A stretch of 63,701 nucleotides of DNA, filler included, from Folioceros fuciformis (GCA_049999805.1; 15 parts of 15 records of this genome joined end to end with filler, not necessarily neighbours in it), one strand, 5' to 3'; positions 1 through 11,714 are shown, counted from the first letter of the whole stretch. Program-made: numbers and translations. The notes: generated by a model from the letters alone, not told the origin.

Positions 1-695
1 ATGAAACCAGCTTCCCCATGCTAAGGACTCGAGGATCTGATGATGCAGTCACCTCCGTGACTCCCGAGGCCAGCCAGTACTGCCACATGCGGGGAAAGGA
101 ACTGGACGGCTTCCCGGAAACCTACCTGTTCCACCTCAGAGACGCACACTGTATTTTTCTATTTAGTTTTAAGAGATCGGAGATCCCGTGACCCCGTGAG
201 GAGAGGGGAAGAGCCCGGAAGAGGGCCCAAAGGGGGAAAAGAGAACGGGGCTTTGACTGGAAGAAGGTTCGCCGTGAACACTACTCTGACAAATGAAGCT
301 GCAGTGGCGTGATCCGTCCCAAAGCTGACCGGCGTCACACGGTTGTCAAACTCCCAAAACACGACACGGGTCTGGTCTCTGCCGGCGTCAGCAGTTAGCA
401 CTCCTCCTGGCTGCAGCAGTCTCTGGTCCCGTTACGCATCCCAGCTATAAATGACTCCAACCTTGCTGCCCTTTCCGGTCACATCATAGTCCCTGTTGTG
501 AAGGCTTCCAGAGGTCCTTCCATCGCCTGAGCCCCCTATGATCGATATCATCACGGTCGGCACGAGTGAAGGCCTAGCTGTGAAGTCTCAATTTTTGAGA
601 GCAATCCGTGCCAACCAAGCTCGCCTACAGGTGGTGGAAGGCTGCAACCTTCGGCTGCGCTGTTGCCAGTACTGCACTGCAATTCACGGTCATCC

Positions 696-1370
696 ATGGC
701 TCGCTATGCCGCATCCCGGAATTTGAATCTCATGGCGGCCGCGTTCCTGGCCGCGTTGCTGGTCACCTGGACGCCCCACTTCAGTTTGGCAGCCGACGAG
801 GACCCTCTCCAGGACTTCTGCGTGGCCCAAGCGGGCGCTCCCACCATCAACGGCGTCGTCTGCAAACCAGCTGATGAGGTGACAGCAACCTACTTCAAGT
901 TCTCGGGCCTCAACGGCCCCGGCAACACCGGCAACAAGTTCAAGGCTGTAGTGACGCCCGCGTCCGTCGCCCAATTCCCGGGCCTCAACACGCTGGGGAT
1001 CTCCGCCGCCCGCATTGATTTCGCTGTGGGCGGGCTCAACCCTCCGCACTCCCACCCGAGAGCCACCGAGCTGCTGTTCGTGGTGGAGGGCACTCTCGAG
1101 GTTGGATTCGTCTCGTCTAACGGGAACACGCTCTTCCAGCAGACGCTCAACAAGGGCGATCTGTTTGTCTTCCCCAGAGGCCTCCTTCATTTCCAGAAGA
1201 ACGTCGGCTATGGTCCGGCGTGGGCCGTGGCAGCCCTGGGGAGCCAGAATCCTGGACTGCAGCAGACAGCTGCCGCTCTCTTTGGCTCCCCGCTGCCATC
1301 GGATGTGCTGCAGCAGACGTTTGGAATCGATGACAAGACAGTCCAGCGGCTGGAGGCCAGTCAGAAGTAG
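696..1370 (+). CDS. Germin-like protein (monocupin), intronless, haplotype A
   Basis: Signal peptide, DPLQDFCVA box A, FPGLNTLGIS, box 1 PPHSHPRATE and box 2 FVFPRGLLHFQKN with all H/H/E/H ligands; first ATG at 696. Confidence 0.95.
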   Translation: MARYAASRNLNLMAAAFLAALLVTWTPHFSLAADEDPLQDFCVAQAGAPTINGVVCKPADEVTATYFKFSGLNGPGNTGNKFKAVVTPASVAQFPGLNTLGISAARIDFAVGGLNPPHSHPRATELLFVVEGTLEVGFVSSNGNTLFQQTLNKGDLFVFPRGLLHFQKNVGYGPAWAVAALGSQNPGLQQTAAALFGSPLPSDVLQQTFGIDDKTVQRLEASQK

Positions 1371-1392
1371 ACGCATCCACAAGCACATATCA

Positions 1393-1416
1393 GCAATGCA
1401 ATGCAATGCAATGCAT
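1393..1416. repeat. (GCAAT)n microsatellite in germin 3' UTR
   Basis: gcaatgcaatgcaatgcaatgcat directly after the stop; same in haplotype B near 4901. Confidence 0.7.
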
Positions 1417-2844
1417 GGGCCCTCCGTTTGTTAGCCAGTCCAGTCCATCCATCCGTGACGGTGCCATAGCATAGCATTCATCCACTCGGGACAGTCCCCT
1501 CGGTCCTGCTCCTGGGCCTGGAGGACGTCGCACTTATTCCACTTTTTCTGAGATGTATTCCCGAATTTATTGGATTACTCGGTACATTATTCTGTACCCA
1601 GCATGTGAGCGTCGTGCGGAAGAAAATGTATAACAAATCAGTCCCTTCAACGTGCCTTCAAGTGTCTCCGGGTGCGACTAAGGTCTAGGGCAAGCTAAGT
1701 AACTAGATTATGTCTCTAATACTCCCTAAGAGTCTACATCGCACATGTCAGGCTACTTTGTTGTTCTCTTTGCTTTCAACACTTTGAAGAGCCCTAGAAG
1801 CTATATGCGTATCAGCCCTTAAGAACAACTCACACAATGTCATATATCATATACGTAGTAGTGGTATGAGAGGTCGATTTATTTGCTTTGACCGTTGAAC
1901 TAAATTTTTGGTGATAAGCTGCTGATAATCATTGAACATCTATCTCGATATGAACCACAAGCTTCTCTTGTGTCATCCCAAGTTTAACAAGGAATCAAAT
2001 GCAATCCACAACATACTACTTGGTGACAATACACAGCTTTGTGGCCATACAATATTATGTCAAATGAATCTCGCGACCATGACCTCTTCTGTATTCTTCA
2101 AGCCTAGCATGCTCCAGCCCAAGACATCCTTTATATTTATATTCATGCTTTGCATGCGTTCCTCATGTGCCATACGAAAAAGCTTGCATATCTATCTTGA
2201 GAATACATTCATTCATATTCTTTAACATGATATGAGTCTGAGCTTCATGTCTTCACTCTCTCTTTGCTTCTTTAGCAGGTCTATATCTTGGCTACTTTCA
2301 TCTAATATGATACATGGCTAAAAAAGTTTTTTCGCGAACCAAAGAATTCAGATTAAATCAGCACTAGGCTACTCGAGGCTACATTTGTGATAGCTCGGAT
2401 CTACATCTGGAGTCCATGCCTCATTTAGCCACTGAGTTGAGTTTTGGGGAAGAAAACACCTGTCACCCCAGTCTCCGTGTCTAATTTGATTACTCCGAGG
2501 GCTGCTTCAACAGTCGTGGAGGAGGGGCCTACTTAACCCGCCCAAACCCTAAAGACCATAAGAATGTGATTGGTCACAACCAACGTACCATCAAGATTGA
2601 GCTCCAAGAGCCCAAGACTCATAGCTTTCCCGAATGAAGCCAAGGCAAATGAATTTTCCAATCTCCCCATTCTCTTCCGTTTCTTGAAAAGGTAACCCCA
2701 AATACTTGTGAGGAGAGCGAGGTCAGACCCTTGTGATATGACTAATGCACTGAGGTAGCTCTCCCTCCATGTTGATGCATAAGATCTGAGTCTTCGCCAA
2801 GTTAACCTTGCACCCTAAGAGTTTACCAAAAAGTTCAACTTGGG

Positions 2845-3053
2845 AGTAACGAAAAGCGGATGCCCTAACTAGCCTGTTGCCCGGCGTCAAGTAGTGTTTA
2901 GGTCATAATATAAATATAAGTATACCCGAACGGTACTTTATCGAAACATCAACCGTCAACCGCCATACCGGTTCACGGGACACGGCCTCATAGGCCCCTC
3001 ACACACGAACACGATGTATCTTTAACCTTTATCTAAACCTTCCTCTCTACGCT
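2845..3053. mobile_element. About 209-bp insertion in the LINE RT, solo-LTR-like, with target-site duplication
   Basis: Flanked by TGGGAG/TGGGAG (or TTGGG/GTGGG). Removing it plus one duplicate restores the 79-nt spacing between accttgca and gt(g/a)tcatc seen in the uninterrupted LINE near 33000-33090. Confidence 0.65.
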
Positions 3054-3154
3054 GTGGGAGAGCATGGCCTCCGGGGAAGTCTTTGTCGCATTGGGAAAAA
3101 CTAGCGTGTCATCAGCAAAATCTAAGATACGCAAATGCTTCCCATCTGGGGCAT

Positions 3155-3406
3155 GAATGCCTTCAATATCAGGGTCTTGTCTAATTGCTCGAAGGAGAAA
3201 GTTAGCAACCATGATAAATCAAAAAGGGGCTAGGGGGCCTGAATGCCTTTAATATCGGGGTCTTGTTTAATTGTTCGAAGGAGAGAGAGTTAGTGATGAC
3301 GATAAATAGAAAAGGGGCCAGGGGAGGCTGAATGCCTTTAATATTGGGGTCTTGTTTAATTGCTCGAAGGAGAAAGTTACTAACGATGATAAGTAGAAAA
3401 GCCACA
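3155..3406. repeat. Tandem triplication (86-89 bp units) of the LINE RT segment PLAPFLFIIV...NIKGIQ
   Basis: gaatgcctt recurs at 3155, 3241 and 3330. Confidence 0.85.
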
Positions 3407-3506
3407 NNNNNNNNNNNNNNNNNNNNNNNNNNNNNNNNNNNNNNNNNNNNTTAATTAATTAANNNNNNNNNNNNNNNNNNNNNNNNNNNNNNNNNNNNNN
3501 NNNNNN
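3407..3506. other. Artificial contig linker (44 N + TTAATTAATTAA + 44 N), repeated 14 times in the window
   Basis: Identical 100-nt block with stops in all six frames at 3407, 6914, 14935, 21943, 26967, 36340, 38635, 42306, 45386, 46858, 52153, 55252, 59106, 61681. Plain 100-N gaps at 55945, 58349 and 60186 are internal scaffold gaps. Confidence 0.97.
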
Positions 3507-4203
3507 ATGAAACCAGCTTCCCCATGCTAAGGACTCGAGGATCTGATGATGCACAGTCACCTCCGTGACTCCCGAGGCCAGCCAGTACTGCCACATGCGG
3601 GGAAAGGAACTGGACGGCTTCCCGGAAACCTACCTGTTCCACCTCAGAGACGCACACTGTATTTTTCTATTTAGTTTTAAGAGATCGGAGATCCCGTGAC
3701 CCCGTGAGGAGAGGGGAAGAGCCCGGAAGAGGGTCCAAAGGGGGAAAAGAAAACGGGGCTTTGACTGGAAGAAGGTTCGCCGTGAACACTTCTCTGACAA
3801 ATGAAGCTGCAGTGGCGTGATCCGTCCCAAAGCTGACCGGCGTCACACGGTTGTCAAACTCCCAAAAAACGACACGGGTCTGGTCTCTGCCGGCGTCAGC
3901 AGTTAGCACTCCTCCTGGCTGCAGCAGTCTCTGGTCCCGTTACGCATCCCAGCTATAAATGACTCTAATCTTGCTGCCCTTTCCGGTCACATCCTAGTCC
4001 CTGTTGTGAAGGCTTCCAGAGGTCCTTCCATCGCCTGAGCTCCCTAGGATCGATATCATCACGGTCGGCACGAGTGAAGGCCTAGCTGTGAATTCTCAAT
4101 TTTTGAGAGCAATCCTTGCCAACCAAGCTCGCCTACAGGTGGTGGAAGGCTGCAACCTTCGGCTGCGCTGTTGCCAGTACTGCACTGCAATTCACGGTCA
4201 TCC

Positions 4204-4878
4204 ATGGCTCGCTATGCCGCATCCCGGAATTTGAATCTCATGGCGGCCGCGTTCCTGGCCGCGTTGCTGGTCACCTGGACGCCCCACTTCAGTTTGGCAG
4301 CCGACGAGGACCCTCTCCAGGACTTCTGCGTGGCCCAAGCGGGCGCTCCCACCATCAACGGCGTCGTCTGCAAACCAGCCGATGAGGTGACGGCAACCGA
4401 CTTCAAGTTCTCGGGCCTCAACGGCCCCGGCAACACCGGCAACAAGTTCAAGGCTGTAGTGACGCCCGCGTCCGTCGCCCAATTCCCGGGCCTCAACACG
4501 CTGGGGATCTCCGCCGCCCGCATTGATTTCGCTGTGGGCGGGCTCAACCCTCCGCACTCCCACCCGAGAGCCACCGAGCTGCTGTTCGTGGTGGAGGGCA
4601 CTCTCGAGGTTGGATTCGTCTCGTCTAACGGGAACACGCTCTTCCAGCAGACGCTCAACAAGGGCGATCTGTTTGTCTTCCCCAGAGGCCTCCTTCATTT
4701 CCAGAAGAACGTCGGCTATGGTCCGGCGTGGGCCGTGGCAGCCCTGGGGAGCCAGAATCCTGGACTGCAGCAGGCAGCTGCCGCTCTCTTTGGCTCCCCG
4801 CTGCCATCGGATGTGCTGCAGCAGACGTTTGGAATCGATGACAAGACAGTCCAGCGGCTGGAGGCCAGTCAGAAGTAG
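4204..4878 (+). CDS. Germin-like protein, haplotype B (allele of 696-1370)
   Basis: Same motifs; differs by two residues (ATDFKF vs ATYFKF, QQAAA vs QQTAA). Fragment 3507-6913 is colinear and nearly identical to 1-3406. Confidence 0.95.
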   Translation: MARYAASRNLNLMAAAFLAALLVTWTPHFSLAADEDPLQDFCVAQAGAPTINGVVCKPADEVTATDFKFSGLNGPGNTGNKFKAVVTPASVAQFPGLNTLGISAARIDFAVGGLNPPHSHPRATELLFVVEGTLEVGFVSSNGNTLFQQTLNKGDLFVFPRGLLHFQKNVGYGPAWAVAALGSQNPGLQQAAAALFGSPLPSDVLQQTFGIDDKTVQRLEASQK

Positions 4879-5834
4879 ACGCATCCACAAGCACATATCA
4901 GCAATGCAATGCAATGCAATGCATGGGCCCTCCGTTTGTTAGCCAGTCCAGTCCATCCATCCGTGACGGTGCCATAGCATAGCATTCATCCACTCGGGAC
5001 AGTCCCCTCGGTCCTGCTCCTGGGCCTGGAGGACGTCGCACTTATTCCACTTTTTCTGAGATGTATTCCCGAATTTATTGGATCACTCGGTACATTATTC
5101 TGTACCCAGCATGTGAGCGTCGTGCGGAAGAAAATGTATAACAAATCAGTCCCTTCAACGTGCCTTCAAGTGTCTCCGGGTGCGACTAAGGTCTAGGGCA
5201 AGCTAAGTAACTAGATTATGTCTCTAATACTCCCTAAGAGTCTACATCGCACATGTCAGGCTACTTTGTTGTTCTCTTTGCTTTCAACACTTTGAAGAGC
5301 CCTAGAAGCTATATGCGTATCAGCCCTTAAGAACAACTCACACAATGTCATATATCATATACGTAGTAGTGGTATGGGAGGTCGATTTATTTGCTTTGAC
5401 CGTTGAACTAAATTTTTGGTGATAAGCTGCTGATAATCATTGAACATCTATCTCGATATGAACCACAAGCTTCTCTTGTGTCATCCCAAGTTTAACAAGG
5501 AATCAAATGCAATCCACAACATGCTACTTGGTGACAATACACAGCTTTGTGGCCATACAATATTATGTCAAATGAATCTCGCGACCATGACCTCTTCTGT
5601 ATTCTTCAAGCCTAGCATGCTCCAGCCCAAGACATCCTTTATATTTATATTCATGCTTTGCATGCGCTCCTCATGTGCCATACGAAAAAGCTTGCATATC
5701 TATCTTGAGAACACATTCATTCATATTCTTTAACATGATATGAGTCTGAGCTTCATGTCTTCACTCTCTCTTTGCTTCTTTAGCAGGTCTATATCTTGGC
5801 TACTTTCATCTAATATGATACATGGCTAAAAACG

Positions 5835-6913
5835 TTTTTTCGCGAACCAAAGAATTCAGATTAAATCAGCACTAGGCTACTCGAGGCTACATTTGTGATA
5901 GCTCGGATCTACATCTGGAGTCCATGCCTCATTTAGCCACTGAGTTGAGTTTTGGGGAAGAAAACACCTGTCACCCCAGTCTCCGTGTCTAATTTGATTA
6001 CTCCGAGGGCTGCTTCAACAGTCGTGGAGGAGGGGCCTACTTAACCCGCCCAAACCCTAAAGACCAAAGAATGTGATTGGTCACAACCAACGTACCATCA
6101 AGATTGAGCTCCAAGAGCCCAAGACTCATAGCTTTCCCGAATGAAGCCAAGGCAAATGAATTTTCCAATCTCCCCATTCTCTTCCGTTTCTTGAAAAGGT
6201 AACCCCAAATACTTGTGAGGAGAGCGAGGTCAGACCCTTGTGATATGACTAATGCACTGAGGTAGCTCTCCCTCCATGTTGATGCATAAGATCTGAGTCT
6301 TCGCCAAGTTAACCTTGCAACCTCAGAGTTTACCAAAAAGTTCAACTTGGGAGTAACGAAAAGCGGATGCCCTAACTAGCCTGTTGCCCGGCGTCAAGTA
6401 GTGTTTAGGTCATAATATAAATATAAGTATACCCGAACGGTACTTTATCGAAACATCAACCGTCAACCGCCATACCGGTTCACGGGACACGGCCTCATAG
6501 GCCCCTCACACACGAACACGATGTATCTTTAACCTTTATCTAAACCTTCCTCTCTACGCTGTGGGAGAGCATGGCCTCCGGGGAAGTCTTTGTCGCATTG
6601 GAAAAAACTAGCGTGTCATCAGCAAAATCTAAGATACGCAAATGCTTCCCATCTGGGGCATGAATGCCTTCAATATCGGGGTCTTGTCTAATTGCTCGAA
6701 GGAGAAAGTTAGCAACCATGATAAATCAAAAAGGGGCTAGGGGGCCTGAATGCCTTTAATATCGGGGTCTTGTTTAATTGTTCGAAGGAGAGAGAGTTAG
6801 TGATGACGATAAATAGAAAAGGGGCCAGGGGAGGCTGAATGCCTTTAATATTGGGGTCTTGTTTAATTGCTCGAAGGAGAAAGTTACTAACGATGATAAG
6901 TAGAAAAGCCACA
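5835..6913 (-). mobile_element. Allelic copy of the LINE fragment, with the same insertion and triplication
   Basis: Nearly identical to 2327-3406. Confidence 0.85.
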
Positions 6914-7014
6914 NNNNNNNNNNNNNNNNNNNNNNNNNNNNNNNNNNNNNNNNNNNNTTAATTAATTAANNNNNNNNNNNNNNNNNNNNNNNNNNNNNNN
7001 NNNNNNNNNNNNNC

Positions 7015-7059
7015 CAGCAGCAGCAACCACAGCAGCAGGTGCAACAGCAACAGCAACAC

Positions 7060-7094
<35 letters not shown>

Positions 7095-7644
7095 CCAGCA
7101 GCAGCAGCAACACCAGCAGCAGCAGCAACACCAGCAGCAGCAGCGACACCAGCAGCTGCTTCCGCAGGCTTCTGCTGGGTTGCCCACCATGGATGGAGCA
7201 CCCTTCTTGCACTTCGGGAATGCAAATGGGTATGGCACCAGCAACGGGAATGGCAATGGGCTGCAGCATCCTCTGCAGTTCCCGCCCAGAATGGAGACCG
7301 GTGGTGGCTTCCCCCACTTCCCAAGCGCAATGCAGTCCGGGAACACATTCATGCAGTTTCCGCCCAGGATGGACACCGGGTTCAGCAACTTCGGGCCGCT
7401 GTCCCCAAGGTTTGATGGTCAGGCTATGCTGCAGCCCTTGTCTCCGTCCTCCGGACTGCCACCTTTGTCTCCGTCCATCATGTCGTTGCCCCCGCTGTCA
7501 CCTACCTTCCCCTTTTCACCCTTGGGGCTGGGGAGCCAGGACTTCGGGCTCACCAACGTGTACGCAGGCTTCACCAGCAACCTGTCGCCCACGTCGGGGC
7601 TGACCAGTGACGCCTTCTCCTTCCCGGACCGTGTTTTCTCCTAA
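7015..7644 (+). CDS. C-terminal part of a poly-Q, Pro/Ser-rich protein, probably a VQ-motif protein (IKU1/VQ14-like); 5' truncated
   Basis: Q/H tract then repeated PLSP motifs (LPPLSPTFPFSPLG) resembling VQ-protein tails; the VQ motif itself is outside the fragment. Confidence 0.55.
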
Positions 7645-7818
7645 TGCTGCTCTTCCTATCGCAGCAGGGGGAAAGACGGAAATGGGCTTGCTTACACTGG
7701 GGCGCTTGTCTGGTGTGAGAGAAGGGTGTGTGAGCATGTGCGTCCCTCTGCCGTATCATCCCATAGATGACGAGGGAACGAACGACTGCTTTTCACGAAC
7801 CGCCTGCGAGCATCTAGC

Positions 7819-7945
7819 TGTTTTTGTTCTGGGTTCAGCTTGTGCTTCTTTGCTATGCCAAATGCAGAAACACGAACCGCCTGCGAGCATGTAACTGTTT
7901 TTGTTCTGGGGTCAGCTTGTGCTTCTTTGCTTTGCCAAATGCAGA
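7819..7945. repeat. Direct repeat of about 50 bp (period about 77) in the 3' UTR
   Basis: tgtttttgttctggg(t/g)tcagcttgtgcttctttgct(a/t)tgccaaatgcaga occurs twice. Confidence 0.8.
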
Positions 7946-9169
7946 CAGTGTAGCAGGAAGAAGCAGCCCGACCAGAAGCTCTCTCTGCTTCGGATGTACG
8001 ATACAACCATCTCGAGGTCACTCGCTTTCGCTCCTCCGAGTTTGTGGCTTTTTGTGCTTCTGTTGCAGCAATGGAGGGCAGTAATAGGGCAGTGGATCAG
8101 CCGTAGATATAGTTTGCTAATTCTTTCTGGAGTACTGTGGGTGGCGTACCTGCAAGCCTCTTGAGAACATTGTGATGTGGGAATGATGCAGCCTCAGGGT
8201 ATGTTCTGCTTCCAAATGTTTCCCACAGGAGATATGTAAGCTAGTGAACTATGTACAGACATTCAGGTGTGCTCGCTGCTGAAGCTGATGAGCGACCACC
8301 TAGCTTTGAGCTTTGCCCAAATGCCTACGAGACCGATTCCGTACTTCGATTCGAAGTAGTTATCTAGGCACGAACTGGAGAAATCCTTGTTCTCGGTTCC
8401 AGCCATCACTCTGGCTTATGCTTTTCCAAGAGACATCCCAAGGCGCGTATGCATTGTTGAAAGCCACCGACTCCAGACGGGGTGCGAGCAAACGCAAGCG
8501 ATAACAACACGATCGATATGAAAACGTGGAAAAAGGGCAAGACGCAAAAACTAAAGGCGCAGAAAACCCTGCTAACCTTCATGGCCCCTACTGCTCTACT
8601 AATAACTCTCTGTCGCTGTGAGCGACGCGACTGACATGGTGTACGTTCTCTGGCCCCTGCTGCGACAGGCTCCCCCTCCAGACTACGCCTTCCATATTGC
8701 TGAAATTGCAATGACTGATGCAGGATTTCATCGGGGCAGAACTACGCCGGCTGGAGTCTGAAAGCGGAAGCAGGACAAGATGAGTGGGCAAGGCGAACGT
8801 TGCTTTGTAGCAGGAAGCAAGGGAGATACGGGTGTTGTGCGTTGCACGCGTGTTCTGAAACCCGTTGAAAGCAGCTTAGTAGAGCCAAATTGGTGAACGA
8901 GGGCCTCTGATCTGCCGCAAAATTAGTTGCAGGAGGGACCCTACTGGTCTGATGAGATGGCGCCGAGTGCATACCATCTGCGATATACTCCTCCGCCTCG
9001 TGCAAACTGGATCGTAGCAGGTGTAGATGTTAGGGAGGAAGGAACCACGGATGCCCCAAGGTGGTCGCACCCAAGGCCATGGAGTACTGCGGAAGTGCTG
9101 CACTGGCGCTGGCGACAATGTTGGTGGCCTTGTCAGCAACCGGATGCGCCGCCTGCCTGAGCACTAGGA

Positions 9170-10097
9170 TCAAGTATTGCTTTGCTCAGACTGGCGCCCC
9201 AGCCTTTCTCCGTTTCTGTCCTGCTTAGTCCTCGCTCCAATGTCTGATGTGCCGTCATCCCAACACTGCTCCAATGTACGAGCCTCGTGCGTCGTGTCCT
9301 TAGTGTCATCCTGCCTGATCGTGGCCCGTCCAATAGCAGTTCGGTTGACAGAACTAACGCATTGCAGCGCAAAGCAGGATCCCAAAACCTTACCCACCAG
9401 GCTTGGGAGAAGGTCTTCTCCATGCCGTTCAGCATGTTCTGAAGGCAAAGAAACCAGGGCTGGTCAGAAACCCCTGCAAATGACACTTGGGCCAACCACG
9501 ACACCATATCATGGAAACAAGTAGCCTTACCTCCTGAACCTCCAAGCATGAGCGCATCCAGCAGGCTGATGCTGGTGTGCACCACTTCAGCCGTATACTT
9601 ACGAAGGGTAGCAGCAAGACCGGGATCAGCTCCGGTTAGGCTCCCACGTGCAAGTAAAATTAAGCCGTAGAGTATGTACTCGTATGACTCCACCACTTCG
9701 TCCATTGGCCCGTCAATGGCAGGTTCCAACTTTCCAACTGCAATGTGCAAACATACAACGGCAGTTGGAGCCTGTCCATCTAGCGCATTGGCATAGGGGT
9801 AGCATTGCTTCACACCAACTATATAGCTAGCTAGCTACCTGTCATGGCAAGCTTGGCTACTTCATCCGCAGTTCTCTCCAGACGATCCCAATATTCTCCC
9901 ACAAGTCCGCAGGCAAGCTCGTCACTGACAGGGACGTCAAGCAGCTGCCACACAGAATTCCGTCAGCAAGGGCAACCCTAAGCTCATTCTTAGCAGCCCC
10001 ACCAGGCACGCTCTACCTAAGGTCTCGGCACACTTTCCCAGCACAAAAATGAGAAGCAAAAATGGCAAACAAGGGCGCGGAGTACCAAAAGACATCC
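9170..10097 (-). pseudogene. Diverged or decayed cyclin-D1-binding protein 1 (GCIP/CCNDBP1) homolog
   Basis: GT-AG bounded exons encode LLDVP...WDRLERTADEVAKLAMT, ESYEYILYGLILLARGSLTGADPGLAATL and LPSLVGKVLGSC...NRTAIGRA, matching the plant family in order; early stop at 9170 and an apparent phase mismatch after the first exon. Confidence 0.6.
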
Positions 10098-10138
10098 ATG
10101 CAGAGCCCTTCTGGCAACGTCAAAATTCCAGAACCGAT

Positions 10139-10364
10139 TTCTCATTTTCTCGCTCCCTTTCGCATCAAATGAGTGAATCCCAGCCTATCCTATCCTCTAA
10201 CACGCTGCTGAATCCCAGCACTGTTTTCTCATTTTCTCGCCTCCTTCATCATCAAACGCGTAAATGCTAGCCTATCCTCTGAAAGGCGGTTGAATACTAG
10301 CACTGTATTCTCATTTTCTCGCTCTCTTCATCGTCCTGCGAGTGAATTCCAGATCGTCCTCTCA
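10139..10364. repeat. Three degenerate tandem units of 82-87 bp
   Basis: ttctcattttctcgc core at 10139, 10226 and 10308, with shared downstream sequence. Confidence 0.7.
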
Positions 10365-10871
10365 CAATCCGTTGATCGTCAACCCGACTACCGCAACACC
10401 TCGTGTGCACTCACTCGCCTCGAGGAATCTTTTGCTTGGTTTCACACGTTTGATTTTATACTTGTAACGCGCAGCCGCTGAACTAAGTCCTTGCAGAAGG
10501 CTCGCCGCTCGCAAGAAGCAGCAACGTCCTCTGGTATTATGCACAGAAGATGGCGACTGTACAATCTGATATTTGAATTATCAGTTCTGGCCGCGTCCTT
10601 CGTTTCAATTCGGATTCCGCTGCTCGTTTGTGCCTTTAAGTTGTTTGGCTTGCTATACAATGATCTATTAAAACGATCGACGTGACGAGTCAGGATCGTT
10701 GCAATGAGTACAGGACGCGTCTGATGCCAGATGGTTCACGACTGGAGTGATTTGATCGTGAGCCTCTATGAAGCCTGCGTAGGCCTGTATATCTCCAGCC
10801 TGTCCGACGGATTCCTCGTCTCTCTAAATGCGCGGGAGCGTGTGCAGCGGATCAAGATTGTCGGCGAGACG

Positions 10872-11066
10872 ATGGCTCATGAAATCGAAGCAACTGAGAT
10901 TTCAAGCTCGGAGATGGCTGTTTTAACCTCATGGATGCCTGCTCCAACCCCAGGAATGCCTCTTCCAACCCCGGAAGAACTGGCTCAACGCGAGGAGGAT
11001 AAACGGAAAGCGGTACGTGCAAGGCTTCTCTCTGCTGCCTTCGTAAAGAAAAACCGATTGCTGTGA
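10872..11066 (+). CDS. Possible small protein (64 aa), unknown function
   Basis: ATG in good context (ACGATGG); protein-like MAHEIEATEISSSEMAVLTSWMPAPTPGMPLPTPEELAQREEDKRKAVRARLLSAAFVKKNRLL; no recognised family. Confidence 0.35.
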   Translation: MAHEIEATEISSSEMAVLTSWMPAPTPGMPLPTPEELAQREEDKRKAVRARLLSAAFVKKNRLL

Positions 11067-11714
11067 GAGCTCATGAGGTCCTGTTTTGATGTCGGTGTTG
11101 TTGTCAGGGGGAAAGTTGGCTCCAGGGGCCCATGTCCATACTTGCCAGATGCAAGCAGGAAAAAAAGAAGGTGCGCGGCATCTGTCTAGTACCCGCGTTT
11201 TCCGCGTTTTACTGGACTTATCTTTCCGCGTTGGAGTGTATGTCACGTGGACCGAGTTCTGACGCATTGCCGACTTTGTAGATTCTGATCCACTGCCGAA
11301 GTGGTAAGAAAATGGTGGGAACAGTGAAAGAATTCGACCGATACGTTAATCTACTGCTCTTGGATGTGACCGAGACGTGGTTCCACGTAATTTCTCGAAA
11401 CCGTTCGCAAATTCTTGGAAGTTCCCGTTGATTATGCTGCTAGACCTGCTCTGATGGAAACGTTGTACAATCCTGGCAGAAGAAGAAGACGGGGAAGAAC
11501 AAGAAGATCCTTCAGGAGAAAACAAGGAAAATGTCCGCTACTCTTCTCCGAGGGGACTCTGTGATTCTCGTAGTGATATTGGAGACGTAGTATTAACAAC
11601 TGACGTCGATCAGATGACCAGGTAGGAACTCTGGAGTAACCTCCTTGGGTTTTCCAGCAAGACAAGCCCTAGACATCACCAATTTCGCAGCACACCAGCT
11701 TACTATGGAGTGGT

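Larger units (their letters stand above)
2327..3406 (-). mobile_element. Degenerate L1-type LINE fragment (3' end plus RT domain), internally deleted
   Basis: Minus strand gives PLAPFLF...IEGIHAPDGKHLRILDFADDTLV and HKYLGLPFQE..ENGEIGK, homologous to the LINE at 30680-35760; shares its 3' end motif ttttttcgcgaa. Confidence 0.85.

Noticed and set aside
690-1406. Long antisense ORFs over germins, SGS3 (38687-39850) and legumin (22796-23635)
   Set aside because: Expected shadows of GC-rich coding sequence; no recognisable motifs.
1680-2320. 97-aa ORF (1932-2225) shared by both haplotypes
   Set aside because: Non-ATG start, no motifs; conservation reflects allelism only.
3451-3462. Recurrent palindrome TTAATTAATTAA
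   Set aside because: Always centred in 44+44 N; an artificial six-frame-stop linker. ORFs ending in X...LIN are artefacts.
3507-6913. Tandem duplication of the germin locus
   Set aside because: Separated by a linker and shares exactly 47 leading bases; best explained as the second haplotype.
6958-7388. Poly-Cys, poly-Leu and poly-Ala ORFs on the minus strand
   Set aside because: Antisense readings of the CAG/CAA poly-Q tract.
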